Positions 44,649-59,221 of a stretch of DNA of 64,000 bases are shown here, piece after piece (the stretch's first letter is position 1; every line of letters begins with the position of its first letter). The notes under the pieces are model-generated. The model saw only the letters and a program-made list of their open reading frames with translations. It did not search any database and was not told the DNA's origin. Made by a program: the position numbers and the translations under genes. The DNA comes from Chrysomallon squamiferum (taxonomy: Eukaryota; Animalia; Mollusca), in the NCBI GenBank assembly GCA_012295275.1, contig CM022668.1, positions 2,542,001 to 2,606,000 of the forward strand, read 5' to 3'.

Positions 44649-44747
44649 GTAGGCAAAAGTATCGCGAATAATTTTAAATTGTGTTTTGTGTCTGCGTTTG
44701 AAAATGTTAAGTTGTATCTGTGTGTGTGTGTTTGTGTGTGTGTGTGT

Positions 44748-44817
<70 letters not shown>

Positions 44818-45852
44818 AAAAAAACAGATAATGAAAACACATAATGGAGAAAGAGAGAGAGAGAGTAAACAACTGCATATTTCTGTGAACAGTTATTTAT
44901 GTGTGAAACAAGTATTTTGTATCTGTCAGTCCATGTATATCTGTCTGTCTGTCTATATACATATACCTATCTGTCTGCTATGTCTGTCTATCTTTTGCTC
45001 TCTCAGTTCTATGACTATGTGTATATCTGTATGTATTTATGTATGTATATGTTTACATAATTCATAAAAACACCTGTATTTGGATATTACTTCTCAGTCT
45101 ATGAAAAAACCCACACTGCTGATTGAACTGTACAGTCATGTGATATTTCCTGTATGTGATGTTCAATACAGTTTTATTAACACTGTCTGATACAAGTTAA
45201 TCATGACTATTATAACAGACTTTTTTTTTTCTGTAATGAAGATAAGATGTGTTTAAGTAGAATCAGGTAAGAAAGATGTGTGATAATTACAGGTAATGAG
45301 TTTTATCTAGACAGCTAATTAAGGTGTGTGATATATTAACAGTAGTGAAAAATTGATGACTGAAATGTGTGTGTGTGTGAGTTTGTGTGTTTGTTTGTGT
45401 TTGTGAGAGTGTGTATGTGTAAGAAATTGATAAAAATAGTTTAAAACAAGGTAAATAAGCCTAAAATAGTGTATATTATTTATTTATTTATTTATTTATT
45501 GTTTATTATAGAAGATTAAACAGTTTCACTTCAAGGCTGTTTCAAGTCACATTTCTAGGAAGGTGACAGTCAGCAAAGAAAGAAATGTTTTATCATATTT
45601 TGTAACAAATAAAAGAAATCATAAAATGACAGTTTCTGTCCTTGGGATTTGATATCAGAAGAATCCATTTTCAAACCTGATCATTGAACCATAGAGATTC
45701 TTTGTCTGGATTATTCTTAATTCAGTTTGATTTTTGATTCTTTTTCTTATTTTTTTAAAATTAATTTATCAGTTAATTAATTAAATGAATAATTAACTAA
45801 CTGTGATTGATGTTGTGTTTATTTAAAAAATCATGACAAAAAATTCTAAATT

Positions 45853-45918
45853 GTGCTGATGAGAATTGATCTTACAATCTATCATACTTGAAACCAGCGC
45901 TCAACCACAGAGCCACCA
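45853..45918 (-). mobile_element. tRNA-derived SINE head remnant
   Basis: Reverse complement GGTGGCTCTGTGGTTGAGCGCTGG...AAGATCAATTCTC: Pol III A-box plus degenerate B-box. Too decayed to be a tRNA. Confidence 0.5.
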
Positions 45919-47244
45919 GTTGACAAAGATTAATTGTAAGTGTCGTTAAACACTCTTTTTTCTTTCTGCGTCTCACCCTGCAAAGTCTGAACAGATCATT
46001 TCTACTCATCCTCCATTGAGTGGTGGTCTTCATTTCCATGTCCTGGCAAAGTTAATAGGTCATTTGATGTCCAGATGACACCAGGTCCATAGCATGATAA
46101 GTCACGCCTCAGCGACTCCCTGGAGAACAAGAGGCATAAAATGAATAATGATAACAGTAATTTTATCATCAATAATTTAACAATTCATGTTCTGCACTGG
46201 ACAGTCATCATGAGAAAGCTTAAACAGTTGTGTAGAAAATAGTTTAACTGTTGTTTTATGTTAAACAGTTTCAGACAGAATATTATTTTATCTTTTTGCC
46301 TTTTTTTTTGATTAACTGTTTCGCAGAGAATATTTTAATAACCTTTTTTTCTTTAATGACAAACATTTGTAAAAATATTTTTTTATGAAAAGTAATTTAG
46401 AATATGATAAATTAATTATTTAATTTTTATTTTTCACGGTAAATGTTTATTAAAAATTTTTTTTTTTTGTTTTACTGTGTTTATGAAAACTTAAACAGAA
46501 AATATTATTTTATATTTCTTACATTTTTATAATAAACTGTTTTGTAGAAAATAATATTTTAATTATTTTGTTTAATGAAAACTGTTAAATACCATATATT
46601 ATTTTATGTTCTTTTTTCTTTTTATGATAAAATGTTTTATAGAAAATATTATTTTAATGTAATCTTTATATGAAAAAGTATTTCATAGAAAATAGTGTAA
46701 CTGCTTTTATTAACAGAATCTTAAGAACTTAACTTTTGTTGACTTGATGTTAGTGACAAAATGAATATAAAAAAACTTGGCATTATAAAACCAATGGTCA
46801 AATCTTGATCATGACAAACCTTAGTTCATCTCCCATTCCAAACATTGCTCCAGAACTGATGAGTCTTTAATATTATTTTATAAAACATTATCTGAAATTC
46901 CTATTAAAATATCATTTCTTTTTTCTTTTCTTTTCTTTTTCCTTTTTTTTTTTCTTTAAAATAACCTACATTTTCAAGCCAGCATGTTTTATTTTGGGTT
47001 AAATACAGAGTCAGTTGCATAACACAGTTTCTATTTCCAGTGAGCACTAAGCCAAATGTCTAGAATTATTTCTGCATTGATCAGCCTGTCAGAATAAATC
47101 ACATGTTTACAGTGGAGAGAGAGAGTTGTGTTAAAACAGCCTGGAGAACTGGTCACATTTGAAATACTTGATCCCCAGCAAGCAGGCAGCAAGTTGTATA
47201 CCTAGCTCTGTGTCCACTCACTTCATTCCATTCATACATAGTTC

Positions 47245-47279
47245 AGTGTGTGTGTCTGTGTGTCTCTGTGTGTGTGTCT

Positions 47280-47330
<51 letters not shown>

Positions 47331-47413
47331 TGTGTGTGTGTGTGTGTGTGTCTGTGTGTGTGTGTGTGTCTGTGTGTGTCAGTCTGTCTGTGTGTCTGTG
47401 TGTGTATGTGTGT

Positions 47414-47458
<45 letters not shown>

Positions 47459-47683
47459 TGTGTGTGTCTGTGTGTCTGTATGTCTGTGTGTGTGTGTGTG
47501 TCTGTGTGTGTGTCTGTCTGTCTGTGTGTCTCTGTGTGTGTGTGTGTGTCTGTGTTTCTGTGTGTGTGTGTGTCTGTGTGTCTGTGTGTGTGTGTGATTG
47601 TGTCTGTGTGTGTGTCTTGTCTTTGTGTCTGTGTGTGTGTCTCTGTGTGTGTGTGTCTGTGTGTGTGTCTGTGTGTGTGTGAT

Positions 47684-47725
<42 letters not shown>
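47245..47725. repeat. (TG)n/(TGTC) compound microsatellite
   Basis: Direct reading. Confidence 0.95.
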
Positions 47726-47854
47726 GTGTACTAGAAAACCTAAAACAGGATTACATTTGTATGTTGGATGTTTCATTTATTGTGTTGTTCTATCATTAAA
47801 CTACACATTGTTTAGAAACAAAAGTCCAATAACAATTATAACAATAACAATAAC

Positions 47855-47913
<59 letters not shown>

Positions 47914-48494
47914 TAACAATAACAATAATAATAACACACCTCTGTTATATTTTTCTTGTCTCTTTTGATGGTGCATCCACTTAAGTGTTTGATTTATGCT
48001 ATTGGCCATTTCCTCAATCAGACGCACCATATTGTCCACTCACTGGTCAGTGACAAAAGCCGTGCAGTGTCTGACCACTGGGCAAGTTTTGTGTGCGTGT
48101 CATTTTGACAGAGAGGCTATGATCACTATTGTCTGACAGACGTCTTTTTATTTGACGTTTGCCTCCGAGCAAAACAAAAACAATTTGATTAACAGAGAAA
48201 AAAGTAATAGCAGAGATTAAGAGATGAAATTAATGTGAGATTATGATGCTTCAAGCATATTGTGGTTCACTGGCAGTGTGGTGCTCTGATTAAAATGGAG
48301 GAAATTGCATGGCTTGTTTTTTTTTTTGAGGGGGTGTTTGTTATCAAATGATGAGTATTTGATTTAGATTGGGTTTTTTTGGAGATGAAAAACCAAAAAA
48401 GCTGGCTAAAAGTTCATGGTGATGTGTTGTATCTCTGTAGCAATTTATTTTACTAATAGAAGTAATTATGAGAGATGTTAAAAGATATTGAGAA

Positions 48495-48583
<89 letters not shown>

Positions 48584-48892
48584 GAGAGACAGAGACACAG
48601 AGAGACAGACAGAGACACAGAGACAGACAGAGAGAGAGAGGAGACAGATACAGAGACAGAATGTTAGAGAGACAGAGAGAGACAGACAGAGACAGAGACA
48701 GACAAAGACAGACGGACAGAGACACAGAGACAGACAGAGAGAAAGTTAATAAAGTGGCTGTCAGTTAGTGAGGATTTGTTAATATTTTTTATTATTTTAA
48801 TTATGATAATGATGGACAGATAAATAGATAACCTATCTTTGATAAACCAGTAAAAAGACACTGGTTAGAATGGGAAAATGTACAGCAGTAAA

Positions 48893-48958
48893 GCTGAAGA
48901 GAACTGATACTGTGAACTGTCACACATCAGTCCATCTCTCTAACCACTGGGCCACTGT
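48893..48958 (-). mobile_element. tRNA-derived SINE head remnant
   Basis: Reverse complement begins CAGTGGCCCAGTGGTTAGAG (A-box); B-box decayed. Confidence 0.4.
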
Positions 48959-49064
48959 GCATGTGTGTGTGTGTGTGGGGGGGTAAGCAGTAGGCCAAAC
49001 CAAGAAAACAAAATGTTTTAAAGTGATCTGAAATGAGCAGTTTGCACTGGTTAATAGTTACTGT

Positions 49065-49142
49065 TGAATGTGAGATTGAATGTGAGCTTGAATGTGAGCT
49101 TGAATGTGAGCTTGAATGTGAGATTGAATGTGAGTGTGAGAT
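49065..49142. repeat. 12-bp tandem repeat (tgaatgtgagct), about 6 copies
   Basis: Direct reading. Confidence 0.9.
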
Positions 49143-50019
49143 TATATTAAGTATGAGAGCTGGGAGGAGGTGTGGATTTTATTGATTTTGATTTACTGTT
49201 AAATACTCATTTAGTGACAAGCTATCCAGTTACCTCCCCTGCGAGTTCTCCTGTCACTGAGGAAGAAAAGTGGAAATGGAGAAATCAGATAAGTTTTTTA
49301 CAGAATTCAGACGTTTTAACCATTTCTCATGTTTTACTTCCAGTCTACTGTTTTAACAACCTTTACTGATAATAAAGTGTATTTAAAATACAACAGATTC
49401 CATTCCACTCCTACGTATATGGATTGTTAAAGGTCATGGTATGTATTTTACTGTTAGTGGGAGGGTGCATATACAACATCTCTTGCTGCTAACTGACCAG
49501 TAGGGTATCCTCCCGAAAATAAACTGTATGAAAAATAAGCATGTGACTTGATGGGAGGTCATTCTTAGCTATCAACACTTTGTTCTGTGAAAATATTGCA
49601 TACAACATATACACACACACAATACACACACATACACACACACAAACATTTTCATACACACCCATAAACATACACATGCACACATGTGCATTCATCTTGC
49701 ATTCTCACACACAGACACATGTACACACATACAAACACACACACACACACACAAACATTCTCACACACACATACAAACATCTTGCATACACACACACATA
49801 CATAATTTCTTGCACACATTTCACAAACATTCTCATACACACCCATACACATTTTGTGCATTCATTCCACAAAATAAAGACTAGTATTTCATTTCATTTT
49901 ACTTTCACACAAAATAAAGACTAGCATTTCATGTTCAAAAAAAAAAAAAAAAAAAAAAAAATGGTAACTGCAAACATGATTGACAAAGTCCAAACATTAA
50001 ATCTGGTTACCAAGTAAAG

Positions 50020-50063
<44 letters not shown>

Positions 50064-50439
50064 CATCCTTTGAGAATTTTCATCTGTAATTGCTCACTGA
50101 GTGAATCTTCAAGTTAGCTGATCAATGGATATCAAATTTGCCCTGCATGATTCCCAGCTGTTTGAATGCAATTACAGAGGGACAATTTCAATTAGGCCCT
50201 GCTAACCGATAACGGAGAACAAATCAGCGAAAGTCTTTATCAGCAGTGAGGGCCCTTTGTCCGAACTCTCCCATGTCAAGTGTGCCGTGAGCATCCTACA
50301 CAGTCCTTGCGCTAAATATCCTACTTTTAATTAGGATAGCGTTTGTTTTCACAGCTACTGCACGTGTGCAGAAAACTGTGGGTGTGGTCTTTTCCCCACA
50401 CCAGTGGTTTTAATAAGATGTTGAAATTGAAATTTTTTT

Positions 50440-50655
50440 TTTAATAAGGTTTTGAAAATAGTGATTTTAGAAAGGTTTTGGAAATGATAATTTTATTAAG
50501 GTTTTGAAAAAGATAATTTTATTAAGGTTTTGAAAAAGATGAGTCTAATAAGGTTTTGAAAATGATCATTTTAATAAGGTTTTGAAAATAGTGATTTTAG
50601 AAATATTTGAAAATAATAATTTTATTAAGGCTTGTAACAATTTTGAAAATGACTT
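50440..50655. repeat. ~22-24 bp tandem repeat (taaggttttgaaaatgataatttt)
   Basis: AAGGTTTTGAAAA recurring. Confidence 0.85.
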
Positions 50656-51743
50656 TTGAGCTGTTGTTTTTTAAACTGAAAGGAAGTAGATTTCTGTTGT
50701 GTGTTTGGATGTTTGACTGTTCACAACTGTTTTTTTAAGTAAAGAAACAAAACTGAACATCTGTGCTTCTTGCTAGGTTTGTGAGTGTCTGTATATCTCT
50801 ATGTATTTTGTCTATATATGTGTTTATGTCTGTTTTTGTGTGTGTGTGTGCATTTTTGTGTGTGTGTGCGTGTGTGTATGCATGTGTGTGTGTGTGTGCA
50901 TGTGTGTGTGTGTGTGTATGCATGTGTGCATTTGTGTGTGTGCACGCACTTGTGCATATTAATAAAATTCTATGTCCTAGAATATTTTTGTATATCTGTC
51001 TTTTGCTATGTGTCTATATGTTTATGTCTGTATTAGTAAAATTATATATCTGTATGTGTCTATGTGTGTGTCTGTCTGTGTGTTAGTAAAAGTACACATC
51101 CAAAATGTCTTAGTATATACATTTTGTTGAATGAATATTTCTCCATATATGTGCATGTTATTTATATAGGCAAGTGTATTTGTCTGTCTGTCTGTTTGTC
51201 TGTTTATTCTTCCATGATTTCACACTCTTAATTCAATACTATCAAATACACTGAACAAACTTTTTTGAAAAAAAAAAAAAAAAAAACAACCAGTATTAAA
51301 CATTCTTTTTTTATAAAGAAAATTATTAAAATATTTAATATTGTAAACAAAAAAATCATTACAAAATTGTGATGTATTTAAAAGAAAACATTTAAAACTC
51401 TGTAGAGTGTGACATTTTCACTTCTGGAGAACAAAGAGAACAGTTTTTCTGCTCACTGGTGAGTACTCATGCTCACACTTAAAGAGAATTAACATGTGAA
51501 ACCAGGCAGAGACATTCTGATTCCTGGTGGATTAAAAGATCTGAGAAACATCTTTCCATGACCAGACTCATGCTGTGTAGAGTTAGGCTCTTCCTGTTTT
51601 AGAGTGTGCTCGTGTTTACAGAAATCACTGGCTGCTGGCTTTTTCATTTCAGTTTTTATTTTTTCACTCGTTTGTGCTTTCACTTTCTTTTTCTGTATTT
51701 TTTCTCTGACTTTGGATCTTTTTACATTCCTTCTTTGACACTC

Positions 51744-51774
<31 letters not shown>

Positions 51775-51832
51775 CTCTCTCTCTCTTTCTCTCTCTTTCT
51801 CTGTCTCTTTCTCTCTCTCTCTCTTTTCTCTC

Positions 51833-51867
<35 letters not shown>

Positions 51868-52702
51868 GATTTATTTAATATATTTTTCTTTCTCTCTTTA
51901 TTTTTAACTCTGTGTTGGTGTTTAATTTTAACTTATTTAAAAAAAAAAATAAAACTTTGACCTGACTGATGGATTTCAACATTCAGAAGAAAGAAATCCA
52001 TTCACTTCAGTAAATCAATACAGAGATGACTGAAATCAGTGATCAGCAGTCAAATGTCAGCTGACAGGAAGCAGATGGCAGCCATGTTGTTTCTACAGAA
52101 AAACTTACTAATTGATTTTTCTTCAGCTGAATATTTCACACCTTGGTGCAGATACCACTGACATATCAGGGGTCTCATAAAACAACTTCACACATCAAAT
52201 GACTGCAATAAGAGTTGTCTTTGTACACATAAATCTGACAGAACACAGGCTGGGTTCCCAGTTTTGTGTCTCTGGTTCTGCTCTGTGGGGGGTCGTTTTT
52301 GTTGTTTTATTTCCTTCACACTAGAAAATGTTTTAATTAATTTTTGTCGTTATTTTGTGGGACGTGATGTGATTTTTTATTATTATTTTTTTTATACTTT
52401 TTAATTTTACAAAGTGAATAAAACAAAAAATAATGTATTCATTATCAAAGAGATTTTATTTGACAATGAAAGTTAAAAATAGTTTAAGTATTTCCGTGTT
52501 TATGATTGATTGTGAAATGGAATCTAATGCGTGACATCTAATAAAAAAAAAAACAATTTGTATTTCTTATATTACAGATTTATTACACAAGACTGTTTAA
52601 TGATTACTGTAATTGTTATTTTTCTCTTTACCTTTTTATATCATTTAATATCCACAGTTCTAGAGACAAAACAAAAAATAATAATAAGTGTGTCATAATC
52701 TT

Positions 52703-52813
<111 letters not shown>

Positions 52814-53035
52814 GGCCATTTATACTGAATAGAAAGATAAATGTCAGGTTTCTGTATTTTCTTTCACTCCAGAGATAAAACCTGAACATCATTTTAGATT
52901 TTCTTTTATTCAAAAATAGAAAAACTAATAATCATTCTGTGTAGGGATTTTTATTATTAAAAATAAAATCTAAATTTAAAATTAAAATAAAATAAAATAA
53001 TAATAAATAAATAAATAAATAAATAAATAATAGTG

Positions 53036-53068
<33 letters not shown>

Positions 53069-53354
53069 TAAATTTTAGACAGAAAACTTGACATCAATCT
53101 ATATTTTCTTTTATTCAAAAAAAAAAGAGGAAAACTAAACATTACAATTTTTTCCCTTCTTATATTTTACACAGAAAACAAAACAGTAGGTCAGTGTTTT
53201 TATAATCAAATCAGTGACAAACAAATCAATACAAGAAGAAACAATAATCAGGTTTCACATCAGTCATTCCGTGGAGATATCTCGTAGATTAGTGACGAAT
53301 CATTTCACTTTCCACGACTCTCACACTTTGTCAAATCTCTGCTGGATCCAGCTG

Positions 53355-53595
53355 GATCAGAATCCAGGAGGGATCTGAAACTGAGAGAAGTAGAAAGATC
53401 CAGAATCCAGGAGGGTAGAAACACATGTCACCATGACAAAGATCTAAAACTGAGAGAAAAACATTGTCACTCATGACAAAGATCTAAAACTGAGAGAAGT
53501 AGAAAAACATTGTCACTCAGATAGACAAAGATCTAAAACTGAGAGAAATAGAAAAACACTGTCACTGTGACAGACAAAGAACTGAAACTGACATA
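53355..53595. repeat. Short tandem array (gacaaagatctaaaactgagagaagtagaaaaacattgtcact)
   Basis: About 5 imperfect copies. Confidence 0.8.
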
Positions 53596-55738
53596 AACTT
53601 GATTATGTAGAAAAACTTGGTTGATGATAAAACTGGAAACAGTACTAGATACACATTCTTAGATTTGCATATTAAAATAGCCATTTAAGCTTTTCCTGTG
53701 CTTTTAATTTGTTTAGCAATTTTCTTTGCATATTAAATTAGCCATTTAAACTTTTCCTGTAATTTTTTTAATTTGTTTAGCAATTTTCTGCTGTTAGTAA
53801 TGATGATTTCTTGTGTGTTAGAAATAAATGATTGCTACTGCTAAATATCTCTTCATAACATGACTTAAATTTCATTTGTCATGGCAGTTCAGATTTAACA
53901 CTATAACATAGTTTACAGATCTGTATTCAGTGTCCTGTAGGAGCAAAGACCTGACACACAACACATTATCTCTGTAACTGATATTTCAGGTCCAGGGAAT
54001 TTAACTCTTACAGTAATACTGTTTACAGAATCTGTATTCAGGCTATATAGAGAGTGAGAATCTGTTTTATAACATTACTGATATTTAACTTAAACCACTG
54101 TTATAATAATATAATTTATAAAAACTTGTATAGTGCAAGTACTAGATATATATCACTTACATTTCAGTCTCTATGTAATTTATTGCAACTGTTACAGATT
54201 ACAATATCTAGAGTAGATAATTAATATTGTATTGTACTAGATGAGCTAGAGGTTACTCTATAACCTGGCTGATATTTCACTGTCTGTGTAATGTAATTGA
54301 AATGATATTAATCATTTCAGAGCCACAGTATGGTACAACACATACCTGCCAGTGCCAGGTATTTTGGTAAAATTACCTATTTTTGCTCCCTACTCCTGTA
54401 TGTTACAGATGATGTTATTCAGTGCATTATGTTGAGATAACTTGTAAATGGCAGTCTTCAGGCATATCAGAATATCTCACCAATGACTCCAAAAGGCTTA
54501 AAGCTGTTTGCAGTGTCTGGTATCTCTGTCTAATCTAGTGTAGCACTGACACTGAAAATTAACTCTGTGAATGATAACTTGACTGTCAGAGTCCAGGGAC
54601 GAAGTTCTGACAATTGTTGCATTTGCTGATGTCACTGGAGACATGACGACGATGATGACTGTGTAGTGACGTCGTCTCACAAATGTGTGGTTGTTTACAT
54701 TAATCATTGATACTGTGAGTCATCTTTTTACTCACACTCAGACAGTGAGGTTTCTGTAAATAAATAATAAGATAAAGAAGGAAGTAAGAATTAAAAGACT
54801 ATCACTTTGGAATTACACGAGATTCTGAAACTGGGCAATGGTGGAAGAAAACCTTCTGCAGTTTTAGTGTTTTTTGGTTTTTATTTATTTATCTATTTAT
54901 TTATTTATTTATTTATCTATTTTTCTATTTATTTATTTATTTATTTATTTATTATAATGATTATTATTTCTGTTAATTAATTTTTTGTAAGAAATAACCT
55001 TTTTTCTACTATAACACAAACATTTTTAATTTTTTTTTATTTTTTTTTTTTTTTTAGCTAAATGTTAATATTATTTTAAAAATATTACACTGTAAACAAA
55101 ATAATAATTAAATTAAATATCTGTACACAGATGAAACAGTGTGAACGAGAGTTGAAAAGCAATCATTATATTTAAGTTAATTTATGACTGTAAATAATTT
55201 GTCTCAGGAGAGTTATATCAGTCTCAGATTTATGAGTTTTCTGCTGTAACTTTCAACGTAATCATGTTATTTTCAAAACAATCACACTTATGATGTAATA
55301 AACAATGGCTTCCATAGTGATTGATGATGTCATTAACAATGTGAGAGGTTTCCCCGTGGCGACTGATGATGTAATAAACAACAGGAATGGTTTTCCTAAC
55401 AGTGTTCCTCCATTACTGGGTTACGTCATAAAATAGAGGAACAGGACTAGAAATTAAAAAGTGCATTTAGTTATTTATTTCAACAGTTGGGGTAATATTG
55501 AGTTACTTCATCATTAGCTAATAACAATTATTTGTATTGGATCCTGCTTGCTTTGTGACCAGTGTTACAATCTTCACCATTTGATTGGAAGATGAGTTTT
55601 ACTGACGTGAAGAATTCTTGTCCGTAACTACACTGAGCTGGTGCAAACTTGTCTGTAGTAATTAAAGAAATGTAACATTTGTACATCGTATTTTATATAT
55701 TTATATTGAATGTCAAAGAATTCCTTTTGTTACATTTT

Positions 55739-55791
<53 letters not shown>

Positions 55792-55796
55792 TATTA

Positions 55797-55830
<34 letters not shown>

Positions 55831-56479
55831 TTTTTAATAAATATTAAAGCATCTCAGTAGAAATGACAGTTTTCATTGATTAACTTACAAAACTGGATTT
55901 TTGGCAGATTTTTTTTAAAACACAAAATCTTAATAAAGCCTTTAACAATAGCACTCACAATAAACACACTTTTATGATAATTTTAAACCTTAAAAAATAA
56001 CAAACTATTCATCATTGTTCTCTTTTTAAAAATCTTTTTCACCTTGTTCTTTAAAATATTGTTATTTGCCTGAATGGTTTATTTTTAATCATAGCAGTCT
56101 TGTCTCTTATTCTTCAGTTTAGCCCAAACATTTATTTATCATATGATATAGTTACCATTGTTTTAATAAAATTTTTTTTATTGTGGCAGTCCTCATATTG
56201 CTGAAACACTTTAACATTTATTTATTTTGCTACTGTTGCTGTAACATTTATTTATCATGACACTGCTTTCAGTCTTATAATATATTTATTATTGCAGTCC
56301 TTTTATTTTTACAGGATTTATTTCACTAATACTTATTTATTGAGGCAGACCTCTCATTGCTATAAACATTTTAACATTTATTTATTGTGTCATTGTTGCT
56401 GTAACATTTATTTATCATTACAGTCCTATATTTGCTATAACACTTTTTTCATTTTTTTTTTCATTGCAGTCCTCATTTC

Positions 56480-56760
56480 TTATAATACTTATTTTATTGT
56501 GGCAGTCCTCTCATTGCTTATATAAATATATTGTGGCAGTCCTCGTTCGTATAATGCTTATTAATTGTGGCAGTCCTCTCATTGCTTGCATCTACATATT
56601 GTGGCAGTCCTCATTCGTATAATGTTTATTAATTGTGGCAGTCCTCTCATTGCTTATATACATATATTGTGGCAGTCCTCATTCGTATAACGCTTATTTA
56701 ATTGTGACAGTCCTCATTCGTATAAATGCTTATTAATTGTGGCAGTCCTCTCATTGCTCT
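56480..56760. repeat. Minisatellite attgtggcagtcctc(tc)att..., alternating subunits
   Basis: About 8 copies, with older degenerate copies back to about 56090. Confidence 0.85.
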
Positions 56761-57850
56761 AACACAAATTGCCCCTTTCAGACCTGAGTGCACAGACGCT
56801 GGGTGTGTGTAGAGCAGAAACCAGTGAATGGAGGTGATGTCCAGCAATAACATGCTTTGTTGTGACATGTCCAGGGGTCGTCTCTTTGTTGTCACGGGTC
56901 ACTGAATGTCCAGTCATTATTTCCACCATTTGATGTGCATTTCCAGGTCTTGACCAGCGTCCGTACATAATCAGGCCAATGCACTGACCACAGTGTGGAC
57001 ATAATCAAGCCATTGGAATTAATCTTATTTGTCCAGTTCAGGCTTTGTCTCCACTCTAATCTAACCCTGCTTCCTCTCTGAAACAAATCGGTTATGAAAT
57101 TAATAAGGTGGGGCCCTTCTGGGGCTCACATTATCACAGTTAAGTTTAGAATTAAGAATTTTGTCCATTTTATTTAGGTTATTCCATTTTCTAAAACTTT
57201 TTTTTGTAAAGAAGACATATACTCTCCATTCTGTTATATTCTTACATTTATGAAATATAATAATTAGTTTTTAGAATTTTACTAAATAAAAACTAAGTGT
57301 GTGTGTGTGTGTGTGTTACTGTACATATTATTGTTAAATACTGCATGAAAAAGAAAAATCCATCTAAAAGTTTTGTTCTGATGTTGCAAGAACCTCAATA
57401 CAGTAAAAACTCAGTGATGACAAGTTTTATAGTAAAGAGAAGACTGCCACAAAGCAGAGTACACAGAATCAGTCCTCTGTAGACCATTCTTTGACTTTTT
57501 TACCCATTCCAGACAGTGTCACTCTTTGACATAGTTCAGATAGTAACCTATCTTTTCCTGTTAATTAGCTTCTTGTTGAAAGGTTTTTATCCTAAAACAT
57601 GATAAAATTAGACTTCTGGTGAAAAGTGTGTCATTCAGTTATAAAATTAATGCTTCAGGCCCAAAACTTTAATTTAATCAAACCCATGCTGAGCCCGGTA
57701 TTTTCAAATCTTTGATAAATTTTAACTTGAGGGGATGAAATAATCACTGTTTACCATCTGTCTTTTTCAGCAGTTCAGTCTTCAGCTTCACTTCACTGTA
57801 ATCAGACTGCACCATAGTGATCTCTCTTTATCTGCCAATATCTCACCCTT

Positions 57851-57981
<131 letters not shown>

Positions 57982-57984
57982 GTC

Positions 57985-58033
<49 letters not shown>

Positions 58034-58055
58034 TTTGGTATTTTTATTCCATAAT

Positions 58056-58167
<112 letters not shown>

Positions 58168-58283
58168 ACCTTTCAAAGCTTGTAATAACTCATTTTTATT
58201 TGTTTAATTATCAGCACCAGTTTGTAATAATAATAAAACAGCAACTGAACAACTTGGCTGTTTCTGGACCAGCAAACTGTTTA

Positions 58284-58562
58284 TCACACACAACACACAA
58301 CTTGTATGATTCACTCTGCTGTGTTATAAAACTGATATTTCACACACAACACACAACTTGTCTGATTCACTCTGCCGTGTTATAAAATTGATATCTCACA
58401 CACAACACACAACTTGTGTGATTCACTCTGCCGTGTTATAAAACTGATATTTCACACACAACACACAACTTGTCTGATTCACTCTGCCGTGTTATAAAAT
58501 TGATATCTCACACACAACACACAACTTGTCTGATTCACTCTGCTGTGTTATAAAACTGATAT
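58284..58562. repeat. 56-bp tandem repeat, 5 copies
   Basis: Units start at 58284, 58340, 58396, 58452 and 58508; junctions alternate actgatattt/attgatatct. Confidence 0.95.
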
Positions 58563-59082
58563 TCCACATCTTGAAATGCTCCCCCTCTTCTCCCACCTTA
58601 TCACAGTAAGGGGATGGAATCTAACACTGGGGATGACCTTGAACTTGGCTGAGAGGAGACGGCAGGTTTCACTGATGTGATACCATCATTAACCAGCTGT
58701 CTGATCCATTCTGCTCAAATCTAAAAAAATAGAGAAAATAAACTCAAGTGTGGGGAGATAGGATGATACCGGTGTATTTGTTTTTCTTTCTTTGTTAGGA
58801 CGTTGGATGTGTTGTTTGTGTTGTATGATCTCTGTCATCTCTTGTTGCTGTATCAGTAAGTTCCTATATCTACCAGACTTAAACAAGACACTCTCCATTC
58901 ATCTGTCTGTCTATCTGTCCAGCAGTATAATGTTCGTTTGTCCGTCCTTTGATGTCTCTGTGAATGTCACACATACTCACTTTTCTCTGATAATAGGTGA
59001 AAGACCTACCAGATATATCCAGTTTATGTGTATGTTTATGTACATATTTGGATGTATGTGTGTGTATATGTGTGTGTGTGTG

Positions 59083-59221
<139 letters not shown>

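Noticed and set aside
45235-45298. Two CAGGTAA donor-like sites
   Set aside because: Upstream ATGs give stops or tiny phase-2 peptides; may be TF motifs or chance.
45853-45918. Functional tRNA gene
   Set aside because: B-box degenerate and no convincing cloverleaf; treated as a SINE relic.
51406-51464. Strong donor CTG|GTGAGT
   Set aside because: No upstream ATG with an open frame and only a weak acceptor; at most a non-coding exon.
58807-58861. MCCLCCMISVISCCCI before TCA|GTAAGT
   Set aside because: Cys richness is explained by TG bias, the ATG context is poor and the donor is phase 1.
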